Shown here: piece by piece, positions 43,480-51,802 of the stretch
Numbering within the stretch: position 1 is the first letter of the stretch
Layout of the letters: every line of letters begins with the position of its first letter
Assembly (NCBI GenBank): GCA_963783305.1
Contig: CAWAMW010000011.1
Location: 105,318 to 169,317, forward strand
Reading direction: 5' to 3'
DNA from: an uncultured Gemmatimonadales bacterium
Lineage (GTDB): Bacteria > Gemmatimonadota > Gemmatimonadetes > Longimicrobiales > RSA9
DNA: 64,000 nt
The notes under the pieces: generated by a model
Told to the model about the DNA's origin: nothing
The model's database searches: none
What the model saw: the letters and a program-made list of their open reading frames with translations, nothing else
Position numbers and translations under genes: made by a program

Positions 43480-44598
43480 GTGCCCATCGAGGGACCGCTG
43501 AAGGAGCTCGGGATCCAGGACGTGCTCCAGATGCTCGACCTGGCGCAGAAGACCGGCATCCTGACCGTGCGCTCGCAGCGCATGATGGATGAGGCGGTGG
43601 TCCATATGCTGGACGGTGAGCTCGTCTTCGCAAGCCGTCGTCGGTCCATGCGCCTTCTCGGTCAGCAGCTGCTCCGGGACGGGAAGCTGACGGAGAAGGA
43701 GCTCGAGCGGGCGCTCGAAATGCAGCGTCGCGACTCGAAGCAGCGGCTGGGAGCCATCCTCGTGGAGATGGGGAGCGTGGATCGGAGCGAGCTCGACCGG
43801 CAGCTCCGGTTCCAGATCGAGGAGACGATCTACGACCTGCTGGCGTGGGATGAGGGCTATTTCCATTTCGAGGAGACCGACGAGACGCCACCGGGACCCG
43901 TGCGGGTCCGGGTGGATTCGCTCCTGATGGAAGGCGCTCGCCGGATCGACGAGTGGACGCGGCTGGAATCGCGGGTCCCCAGCTCCGACGCCGTGCCCGT
44001 ACTCTTCGCGAAGGAAGGGGACAGCGGGCTCATCGACCTCCGCCCGGAGCAGTGGGAGGTGCTGGCGGAGATCGACGGAGAACGGGACCTCCGCCTGATC
44101 GCCAGCGAGCTGGGGCGGAGCGCGTTCGACGTGGCCAAGATCGTGTACGGGCTCGTGACCATGAACGTGGTCAGCGTCAGCGAGCGCCCGCTGAAGATCA
44201 AGGACGAGGCCCTGATCCCGATCCTCGACGAGCTGGAGCTCATGCTGGCCGATGGCGAGCTGGAGGCGGCCGAGCGGCGCGCAAGGGAGATCCAGAAGGA
44301 GTACCCCGATCGCGTCGAGCTGCCGCTCCTGACGGGCCGCGCCCTCGCCGCTCAGGGCCGGCTGAGGGCCGCCGCCGAATCCTTCGATCGGGCGGTGACC
44401 CTCGACCCGCTGTCCCCGGACGCCCATTATCAACTGGGACTCGCCGCAGCCAGAGCGGGCGAGATCGACCGCGCCATGGAGGCATGGTCCACTTTTCTAC
44501 GGCTGAACCTGGGCGGCGACCGACGCACGTTCGTCGAGGCCGCCTTCGATGCGATGACCGATCTGAAACACGCCCTCGACGCCGCGCCCACGGAATGA
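43480..44598 (+). CDS. DUF4388 domain + MshEN-like motif + TPR protein
   Basis: G.L....I.DVLQML....KTG.L, W.EG.F.F, LLMEGARRIDEW; C-terminal TPR. Confidence 0.8.
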   Translation: MPIEGPLKELGIQDVLQMLDLAQKTGILTVRSQRMMDEAVVHMLDGELVFASRRRSMRLLGQQLLRDGKLTEKELERALEMQRRDSKQRLGAILVEMGSVDRSELDRQLRFQIEETIYDLLAWDEGYFHFEETDETPPGPVRVRVDSLLMEGARRIDEWTRLESRVPSSDAVPVLFAKEGDSGLIDLRPEQWEVLAEIDGERDLRLIASELGRSAFDVAKIVYGLVTMNVVSVSERPLKIKDEALIPILDELELMLADGELEAAERRAREIQKEYPDRVELPLLTGRALAAQGRLRAAAESFDRAVTLDPLSPDAHYQLGLAAARAGEIDRAMEAWSTFLRLNLGGDRRTFVEAAFDAMTDLKHALDAAPTE

Positions 44599-45461
44599 CT
44601 GAACGCGATCTGCAGCGCTGGAGCAGGGAGGTGGCCGAGGACCCCGGCGCCCCCTCGTTCGTCCGCCTGGCCCGCGCGTGTCGCCGGCAGGGCCGGCACC
44701 AGGCCGCACGCGACATCGTGCACGGCGGCCTCACCCGGCATCCCGAGCACGTGGACGCACACGCGCTCCTCGCCCTCATCCATATCGATGGCGGCCAGCG
44801 TCAGCAGGCACGCGACGAGTGGGAGACCGTTCTCCGCCTCGATCCCGGGAACTTCGATGCCAGCCGCGGACTCGGGTTCCTGGCTCTCGAGCGCAACGAT
44901 CTGATCGCCGCCCGCCGTCACCTGGATGCCGCCGCCGCCGCGCGCCCCGATGACCCGGCGGTCTCTCAGGCGCGGCAGGTGCTCGATCGGCGGGAGGACG
45001 CCGCCGCTCCCTCCGACCTCCCGGGCGCGCGCGTCCACACCGGCGCCCGTGACCCCGCGCGCACCGGAGCCCGTGACCCCGCGCGCACCGGAGCCCGTGA
45101 CCCCGCGCGGCTCTTTACCGCCCTCGCCGCGGAGGCCCCCTTCAAGGGCGCCCTCGTGCTCGACGACCAGGGAATGGTCCTGGCCGGAGGACTGGACAGC
45201 GATGCCCTGTCCGATGACCTCCTCGGCGCGCTCCTCACTACCACGGTCGCGGAGGCCAGCCGAACGACCGGAATGCTTCAACTCGGCGATTGGAACGAAA
45301 TGCTGATCGAGACGGATTCGGCCACACTCCACCTTACCGCCCTCCCCGGCGCCGCGGTCCTGGTGGTCGTGGCGGAGCCGGACACGCCCGCCGGATGGGT
45401 GGTTCGGGCCGCCGGCAGGGCGGCGGAGATGGCCCGGCGCTTCATGGAGGTGGGGACATGA
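44595..45461 (+). CDS. TPR + Roadblock/LC7 fusion protein
   Basis: N-terminal TPR; C-terminal GALVLDDQGMVLA...LQLGDWNEMLIE Roadblock pattern; ATGA overlap start. Confidence 0.78.
   Translation: MTERDLQRWSREVAEDPGAPSFVRLARACRRQGRHQAARDIVHGGLTRHPEHVDAHALLALIHIDGGQRQQARDEWETVLRLDPGNFDASRGLGFLALERNDLIAARRHLDAAAAARPDDPAVSQARQVLDRREDAAAPSDLPGARVHTGARDPARTGARDPARTGARDPARLFTALAAEAPFKGALVLDDQGMVLAGGLDSDALSDDLLGALLTTTVAEASRTTGMLQLGDWNEMLIETDSATLHLTALPGAAVLVVVAEPDTPAGWVVRAAGRAAEMARRFMEVGT
45038..45109 (+). repeat. 24-bp coding tandem repeat, three copies (TGARDPAR)
   Basis: caccgg(c/a)gcccgtgaccccgcgcg x3. Confidence 0.95.
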
Positions 45462-45808
45462 ATGGAGCCGTAGAGCGGGCGCTGAGTACGCTGACCCGGA
45501 TCGATGGGGTGCGGGGTGCCATGGTAGTGGACAGAGAGGGAGGGGTGCCCGTCCTGGCGAAGCTGACCACCGGGGTGCCCGAGACGGCGCTGGCGGCCAT
45601 GTCGGGGCTGCTCTTCGGCCGGACCACGGAGGCTTCACAGTCGGCGGGATTCGGCCGACTGGGTGTGCTCCAGCTTCAGGCGGACGGGGGGCATATGGTC
45701 CTGGCGGGGGCGGGACCGCTCCTGGTCGTGGTTTTGACGGAGGCCGACGCGCGACTGGGTCTGGTGCGGGTCCAGGCGGCGCGGGCCGCGGGCGAGCTGA
45801 GCGAATGA
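45458..45808 (+). CDS. Roadblock/LC7 protein (MglB/MglC-like)
   Basis: GVRGAMVVDREGG...LAAM...ARLGLVR; ATGA overlap start. Confidence 0.82.
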   Translation: MNGAVERALSTLTRIDGVRGAMVVDREGGVPVLAKLTTGVPETALAAMSGLLFGRTTEASQSAGFGRLGVLQLQADGGHMVLAGAGPLLVVVLTEADARLGLVRVQAARAAGELSE

Positions 45809-46290
45809 GACGCGAAGATGTGAAGCGCGTGGCCGAAGCACTTGCCGAGCCGATGAAGACGTTCGTGCGGGACTCCCGTGTCCGAACGGCCGTGCTCGTC
45901 AACCGGAGTGGGCAGGTGCTGGCGCACCACGGGTTTGGTCAGAGCTACGACATCGGGAACGTGGCCACACTGGCGGCGGCTGCGCACTCCTCCGCGCACG
46001 CGCTGGCACAGCTCACCGGCGCTGGCCGCTGGATGCACCTCCATCACGCCGGCAAGGAGAACCAGCTCTTCCTGGCGCCCTTCGTCGCCGGCTCCGAGGA
46101 GCTGGTGCTGGTGGCCATCTTCGACAACGATTCCACGCTGGGCCTCGTCCAGCTCTTCTTCGACCGCCTCGCCGAGGCCATCCAGCAAATACCCGAGCTC
46201 GGGGGCGCCCTCGTGCCGGGCGATGTCGAGGCGTTCGAGAGTGATCTCGAGGCGGGGCTCGACCGACTGCTGCCCGAGAGCGGCGACTGA
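45805..46290 (+). CDS. mglB: Roadblock/LC7 protein MglB
   Basis: AVLVNRSGQVLA, ATLAAA, IFDNDSTLGLVQL; directly upstream of mglA. Confidence 0.8.
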   Translation: MRREDVKRVAEALAEPMKTFVRDSRVRTAVLVNRSGQVLAHHGFGQSYDIGNVATLAAAAHSSAHALAQLTGAGRWMHLHHAGKENQLFLAPFVAGSEELVLVAIFDNDSTLGLVQLFFDRLAEAIQQIPELGGALVPGDVEAFESDLEAGLDRLLPESGD

Positions 46291-46892
46291 TGCCCGTGGT
46301 CCAGTACTCTTCTCGGGAGATCCTGTGCAAGATCGTGTACTACGGTCCGGCCAGGAGCGGCAAGACCACCAACCTGCAGTGGGTCCACCGTTCACTCCCC
46401 GATGGGCGGAGCAGTGAAATGGTCTCCCTGGCCACCGAGAACGATCGCACCCTCTTCTTCGACTTCCTGCCCCTCGACCTGGGCGAGATCTCGGGCTTCC
46501 GCACACGGCTCCAACTCTACACCGTCCCCGGCCAGGTCTACTACAACGCTACACGTCGGCTGGTACTGAGGGGCGCCGATGGCGTCGTCTTCGTGGCGGA
46601 CTCGGAGCCACGGCGCCGGCGAGACAACATGGAGAGCCTGCGCAACCTCCAGGAGAACCTGCTGGAGAACGACTTCGACATCCGGGAGCTTCCGCTGGTC
46701 CTCCAGTACAACAAGCAGGACCTGGAGGGGGCCCGGCCGAAGTCCGAGATGGACGACGAGCTGAACTTTCGCGACGTCCCGTCGCACGGGGCGTCCGCCG
46801 TCCAGGGTGTGGGGGTCATTCCCACGCTGCGCTCGGTGAGCGAGATGGTGCTCCACAGCGTATCACGGCGCTTCGCCTCGCCCACGGCCTGA
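46290..46892 (+). CDS. mglA: Ras-like small GTPase MglA
   Basis: KIVYYGPARSGKTTN, DRTLFFDFLP, YTVPGQ, DGVVFVADS, NKQD. Confidence 0.95.
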   Translation: MPVVQYSSREILCKIVYYGPARSGKTTNLQWVHRSLPDGRSSEMVSLATENDRTLFFDFLPLDLGEISGFRTRLQLYTVPGQVYYNATRRLVLRGADGVVFVADSEPRRRRDNMESLRNLQENLLENDFDIRELPLVLQYNKQDLEGARPKSEMDDELNFRDVPSHGASAVQGVGVIPTLRSVSEMVLHSVSRRFASPTA

Positions 46893-46899
46893 CCGCAGC

Positions 46900-48723
46900 A
46901 TGCCCCTAGACCTGGATCCGCGCTTCACCTTCGACTCCTTCGTGGTCGGCCCCGCCAACCGTCTGGCGGTGGCCGCCGCCCGCCGCGTCTCGGACGCACC
47001 CGGCACCACGTACAACCCGCTCTTCATCTACAGCGGGTCGGGGCTCGGGAAGACCCATCTCCTCGGCGCCATCGGTCACCAGATCGAGAGGGTCCATGGG
47101 ATGAAGGTGGTCTCTGACACGATGGAGCACCTCATGGAGGCCATCAGCGCAGCCGTCGAAGCCGGAGAGCGCGACGCCTTCCGGGGGGCGCTCCGGGAGG
47201 CGGGGCTCCTGCTCCTCGACGATGTACAGTTCCTGGCCGGTCAGCGGCAGATCCAGGAAGAGCTGCTCCGCATCTGGGATGCGCTGGCAGCCCGCGGCAC
47301 ACAGGTGGTTCTCACCAGCGATCGCCAACCGCAGGAGATCGACGGAATCGATGACCGCCTCCTGAGCCGGCTCTCCGGCGGCCTCATTGTCGACATCAGC
47401 GCCCCCGACTACGAGACGCGGGTCGCCATCGCCCGGCGAAAGGCCGAAGAGCGCGGGAGCATCCTGGCCCAGGGAGTGTTTCAGTCGCTGGCGCGGATCG
47501 CGTTCACGAACGTGCGGGAGCTCCAGGGTGCGCTGAACCGCATCATCGCCGTGCAGGAGCTCGAGGGCAGGGAAGTCACGCCCGACGACGTGCCGGAGCT
47601 CCTGGGATCCGCCGCCGACCGCGGACGGGACGAGTTCGGCGAGTTCCTCTCCGACATCACCGGCTCGGTGGACGACGTGGTGCAGCGGGCCGACCGCTAC
47701 ATCGCGGACGCCATCCTGGCGTGGGAAGGAGAATCCTACCGCACCCGGCGACTCGACAGCGCTCTCACCGGCCATGTCACCGGGGCGGAGGCGCAGGAGG
47801 TGGTGCGGCGGTTCGAGCAGGACATCGTTCGGCTCCGGGAGATCGAGAACGAGATACGGCAGCTGGACCCGGCAGCCCGGGAGCTCGAGAGTTCCGTGTT
47901 GCGGGACCCCGACCGCGTGGCCGAAGCCGAATCGCTCCTCAGCACCGTCCGTGAGCGCCAGTCACCGCCCCCCGCTCCCCCCGAGGGTCTCGCCCTGGGC
48001 GAGCTGGATGGCGCGGAGACGCTCGCAGTTCGCGCGGCCCTGTCGGTCGCCGACCAGCCGGGCAGCGCGTTCAACCCGCTGTACGTGCTCGGGCCGGCCG
48101 GCTCCGGGCGCTCGACCCTGCTGATCGCCCTGGCCAATGCCCTCGTGGGACGGGGGTTGACGGTGGCGTACATGGACGGCGCCACGTTTGCCGAGGAGCT
48201 GATTGACGCGCTGGAACGGAGCCGCCTCGAGGCATGGCGCGCCCGGCTCAGGGGAGCCGACGTGCTGGTCCTCGACGACCTGCACGAGCTGGCCGGCCTG
48301 GAGCGCGGGTACGAAGAGCTCTTTCACCTCATCGACGGGCTCCACCGGGAGGGCCGCCAGCTGGTGTTCTCCGCCAACGTGCCGCCGCAGGCGCTGCCGT
48401 TCCCATCACGTTTGCAGAGCCGCCTCGAGGCCGGGCTCGTCGTGGAGCTCCAGCCGCCGACCCAACGGCAGGCGCCGACCCCGGACGCGGTGTACGCCGG
48501 ATCCCCGGAACCCGCGGTGGGGGCGGTGGACGGCATGGGGGCGGCTGAGCCGGGTTCCCAGAAGGCCGCGGACCGGCCGGACGCGACGGCAACGAGCGAG
48601 ACCGCGCCTGCCGGCGAACAGGGCCGCTCGGCAAGACACGCCGCGCACTGGATTCTCAGCCGCGAAAAGGTCCTGTGGGAATGGCCCTACTCACAGGACT
48701 GGATCGAGGAGGACCCGGACTGA
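46900..48723 (+). CDS. Tandem DnaA/Hda-like AAA+ protein lacking DnaA domains I and IV
   Basis: Domain 1: FTFDSFVVG, YNPLFIY.GSGLGKTHL, LLLDDVQF, NVRELQGAL. Domain 2: FNPLYVLGPAGSGRST, LVLDDL, RLQSRL. Confidence 0.88.
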   Translation: MPLDLDPRFTFDSFVVGPANRLAVAAARRVSDAPGTTYNPLFIYSGSGLGKTHLLGAIGHQIERVHGMKVVSDTMEHLMEAISAAVEAGERDAFRGALREAGLLLLDDVQFLAGQRQIQEELLRIWDALAARGTQVVLTSDRQPQEIDGIDDRLLSRLSGGLIVDISAPDYETRVAIARRKAEERGSILAQGVFQSLARIAFTNVRELQGALNRIIAVQELEGREVTPDDVPELLGSAADRGRDEFGEFLSDITGSVDDVVQRADRYIADAILAWEGESYRTRRLDSALTGHVTGAEAQEVVRRFEQDIVRLREIENEIRQLDPAARELESSVLRDPDRVAEAESLLSTVRERQSPPPAPPEGLALGELDGAETLAVRAALSVADQPGSAFNPLYVLGPAGSGRSTLLIALANALVGRGLTVAYMDGATFAEELIDALERSRLEAWRARLRGADVLVLDDLHELAGLERGYEELFHLIDGLHREGRQLVFSANVPPQALPFPSRLQSRLEAGLVVELQPPTQRQAPTPDAVYAGSPEPAVGAVDGMGAAEPGSQKAADRPDATATSETAPAGEQGRSARHAAHWILSREKVLWEWPYSQDWIEEDPD

Positions 48724-50342
48724 TGGCGATCAAGGGCAGTCTCCGCGAGGCGGGGCTGGCGGACGTGTGCCAGCTCCTCTCCATGGGCCAGAAGACGGGG
48801 CGGCTATCGGTCACCGACGGCTCTCGCTTCGGACAGATCTATTTCGACCGCGGCCGCATCAATTTCGCCACCATCGTGAACCGGCGCGACCGACTCGGCG
48901 ACCTCCTGGTGCGCGACGGGGCCGTGCGGCACGACCAGCTCATGGAAGCGGTGGACGCGCAGGCGGAGCGGCCCGACCGGCGCCTGGGCGAGATCCTGCT
49001 CGAGCGCGGCCTCATCGACAGCGCCACCCTCACGGCCTCGATCGAGCGGCAGATCGAGGAGGCCATCTACTACCTGTTCACCTGGAAGCAGGGCAGCTTC
49101 TACTTCGAGCCGGGGAAGGCGCCGGAGAGCGGTGAGATCCTGATCCGCGTGAATCCGGAGAACCTGCTGCTCGAGGGCGCTCGCCGAGTCGATGAGTGGG
49201 GCGTGATCGAGAAGAAGGTCCCCTCCATGAACCTCATCTTCGGCCTGGACCGTGAGCGCATGGAGGATGCGGACGTGCAGTTGACGCCGAGTCAGCGCGC
49301 CCTCGTGCCGCTGATCGATGGCGACCGTACGGTGGAGGACCTGGCAGAGGAATCTGGGCTCGGGGAGTTCGCCACGGGAAAGGCCCTCTACGGGCTGATC
49401 CAGGCCGGCTTCGCGTTCCGCGTGGGCCGCCGGGCCGGCGCGGAGCCGGTGGAGGCCGGGGATGTGGACGAGGCTCGAAACCTGGGCGCCGCGTTCTACG
49501 AGACGGCGATGCTCGATGACGCCGAGCGCGAGTTCCGCCGGGCGCTGCGGAGTCGCCCGCACGACGTCACCGCCCGGCACTTCATGGCGCTCATCGCGCT
49601 GCGGAAAGGTGAGGCCGCCGAGGCGATCCGGCGCCTCTCCGCCCTCCTCGAGGACGCCGGACCACGGACCGGCGTGTTCCTGAACCTGGCCTTCGCACTC
49701 CGACTCGAGCGTCGGTACTCCGATGCACTCCGCGTCCTCGACGCGGCTCAGAAGTCCGCGCCGAACGATCCGCGGGTCCGGCTCGCGCGGGGCGCGACCC
49801 TGCTCTTCGCGGGCGAGATCGCCGCCGCCGCCGAAGCGCTCGACGAGTACCGCACCATGCTCCACCCCGACACGCTCCCGCCCGCGCCCTACTACTACTG
49901 CGTCGGGCTCGCCGCCACCGTGGCCGGCCGCATGGAGGACGCCGACGCTCTCCTCGATGAGGCGCTCGGGGCCCATCCCGCATCGCCGCCGCTCCACCTC
50001 CTGGCCGGGAACCTGGCGGAGAGGCGGGCCGATATGGCGGCGGCCGAGCGCTCCTACCAGCAGGCCGCCGAAGAGGACCCGGCGCTCGCACAGGCGCATC
50101 GAAATCTCGGCGACCTGGCAAGCCGGCGGGGCGTGGACCGAGAGGCCCTCGAGCACTATCGCCGGGCCGCCGAAGTGGACGCCTCGCTGGGGGACGAGCT
50201 CTACATGCGGCTCGCCGACCTGCACTACCGCCACAACGCCCGGGAGGAGGCGATCCGCTGCTGGAGGCGTGCCCTGGAGCTGAACCCCGGGAACCAGGTG
50301 GCTCGGAACCACCTCGAGCTGGTGGCCCGTGCCGCCCGCTGA
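48723..50342 (+). CDS. DUF4388 domain + MshEN-like motif + TPR protein
   Basis: IKGSL....LADVCQLL....KTG.L, WKQGSFYF, LLLEGARRVDEW; long TPR tail; TGATG coupling. Confidence 0.82.
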   Translation: MAIKGSLREAGLADVCQLLSMGQKTGRLSVTDGSRFGQIYFDRGRINFATIVNRRDRLGDLLVRDGAVRHDQLMEAVDAQAERPDRRLGEILLERGLIDSATLTASIERQIEEAIYYLFTWKQGSFYFEPGKAPESGEILIRVNPENLLLEGARRVDEWGVIEKKVPSMNLIFGLDRERMEDADVQLTPSQRALVPLIDGDRTVEDLAEESGLGEFATGKALYGLIQAGFAFRVGRRAGAEPVEAGDVDEARNLGAAFYETAMLDDAEREFRRALRSRPHDVTARHFMALIALRKGEAAEAIRRLSALLEDAGPRTGVFLNLAFALRLERRYSDALRVLDAAQKSAPNDPRVRLARGATLLFAGEIAAAAEALDEYRTMLHPDTLPPAPYYYCVGLAATVAGRMEDADALLDEALGAHPASPPLHLLAGNLAERRADMAAAERSYQQAAEEDPALAQAHRNLGDLASRRGVDREALEHYRRAAEVDASLGDELYMRLADLHYRHNAREEAIRCWRRALELNPGNQVARNHLELVARAAR

Positions 50343-50757
50343 CAAGAGCGGCTCGGGCCGGCCCAGGGAGGGCCCGCAGAACGAACGGGCCCGCGCCCTC
50401 GTGTGGAGGAGCGGAGATGCCCTCCTGGCCGTTCCTCTGGCCGCGGTGCTGGAGATCGCCGCCCCCGACGCCGACGGGCGCGTTCGGAGCCGCGTCGGGT
50501 CCCTCCCTGTCAGCACGGTCCCCGGATTGCCGCCGGCCGCGAACCCACCCCGCGCGGTCGTGATACGGGCGGGAGGCGCCACCGTGGCTCTCGCCGCGGA
50601 TGATGTGGAAGGGGTTCGCGAGTACACCGCGCGCGAGAGTGCCCGCACACCGCCCTGGCTCCGGCTGCTCAACATTGACCATCTCGCGGGTCTGGTGAGG
50701 CTCGACGAGGGTCGTGTCGCCGCCCTGCTCGCCGTCGAAACCCTGCACCCGTCGTGA
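50329..50757 (+). CDS. CheW-like domain protein
   Basis: LAVPLAAVLEI, VALAADDVEGV, LAGLVRL...ALL.VE.L pattern. Confidence 0.65.
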   Translation: MPPADKSGSGRPREGPQNERARALVWRSGDALLAVPLAAVLEIAAPDADGRVRSRVGSLPVSTVPGLPPAANPPRAVVIRAGGATVALAADDVEGVREYTARESARTPPWLRLLNIDHLAGLVRLDEGRVAALLAVETLHPS

Positions 50758-51785
50758 ATCCGCCGCGACGCGGTCGTTGCGCCAACCGGCGGCTCGTTCC
50801 CGCCGCGCTGCTGCTCACCGCCTTCTGTGCCCTCGCGACCTCCTTCGCCCCTGTGTCCGCCCAGGATGCGGTCCGGGCCGGAGAAGTGACGCTCCACTTC
50901 TGGCCACAGCAGCGGGCGCTCGCGACGCAGATCGTTACGCGGATGGCGGAGCAGCTTCCGCTCCCCGCACTGCCCGATTCGGTCCTCGTCGGCGGCACCG
51001 TCGACGTGTACCTGGCCTATGATGCAGCGCGGTGGGACAGCCTTACCGGCGGTGCGGCACCGGAGTGGGGCGCGGGTGTCGCCGACCCGGCCGCGGGTCT
51101 CATCGTCCTCCCGACCTTCGACTGGGAGCGCACCCCGCCGCACACGATCTACCGCACGCTCCGGCACGAGCTCGCCCACGTGGCGCTCCAGCGCTACCTC
51201 GGCGAGGCCAGAATCCCGCGGTGGTTCAGCGAGGGGTACGCGCAGTGGGCGGCGGGGGAGTGGCGCTGGGAATCCGCATGGCAGCTGCGGATGGCCTTCG
51301 TCCGCAGCGACTCGCCGCCCCTCGACTCCCTGACCCTCCACTGGCCCGTCGCGGAGACCGACGCTCGCCTGGCGTACCTGCTGTCTGCCAGCGCCGTGGC
51401 CTACCTGGTGGAGCGAAGCGGTGAGCGGGGCATTCGCATCCTGCTGGAGCAGTGGCGGGAGGATGTCGACTTCGATGCCGCCTTCCGCTCCGTCTACGGC
51501 CTCACGATCGGCCAGTTCGAGGAAGACTGGCGGGCGTACGTGAAGCGCACCTACGGCTGGACCGTCGTCCTCGGCCACTCCCTCTTCTTCTGGGTGATCG
51601 CCGCCGTCCTTCTGCTGGTCCTCTTCTTCATTCGACGACGACGCGACCGCGCCCGACTCGACACGCTCAGGGCCACCGAGCCCCCGGACGATCCCGCCTA
51701 CTGGGAGATCGACTTCGACCCGCCGCTTCCGCCCCGCCCCGGCGAACCCGCGCCGCCGGGTCCGCACGTTGACCCGGGCGGATGA
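50754..51785 (+). CDS. Peptidase MA-like (gluzincin) metallopeptidase, membrane anchored
   Basis: Signal peptide, HELAH...PRWFSEG, C-terminal TM helix followed by RRRR. Confidence 0.82.
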   Translation: MNPPRRGRCANRRLVPAALLLTAFCALATSFAPVSAQDAVRAGEVTLHFWPQQRALATQIVTRMAEQLPLPALPDSVLVGGTVDVYLAYDAARWDSLTGGAAPEWGAGVADPAAGLIVLPTFDWERTPPHTIYRTLRHELAHVALQRYLGEARIPRWFSEGYAQWAAGEWRWESAWQLRMAFVRSDSPPLDSLTLHWPVAETDARLAYLLSASAVAYLVERSGERGIRILLEQWREDVDFDAAFRSVYGLTIGQFEEDWRAYVKRTYGWTVVLGHSLFFWVIAAVLLLVLFFIRRRRDRARLDTLRATEPPDDPAYWEIDFDPPLPPRPGEPAPPGPHVDPGG

Positions 51786-51796
51786 TCGGCTATCTT
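51769..51796 (+). promoter_or_regulatory. Putative sigma70 promoter, probably giving a leaderless mRNA
   Basis: TTGACC-16 bp-TATCTT, 6 nt before ATG 51803, no SD sequence. Confidence 0.55.
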
Positions 51797-51802
51797 TCCC
51801 CC

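Noticed and set aside
46900..48723. Canonical dnaA and a nearby oriC
   Set aside because: No domain I or IV, no dnaN/recF/gyrB neighbours, and I saw no DnaA-box cluster or AT-rich unwinding region
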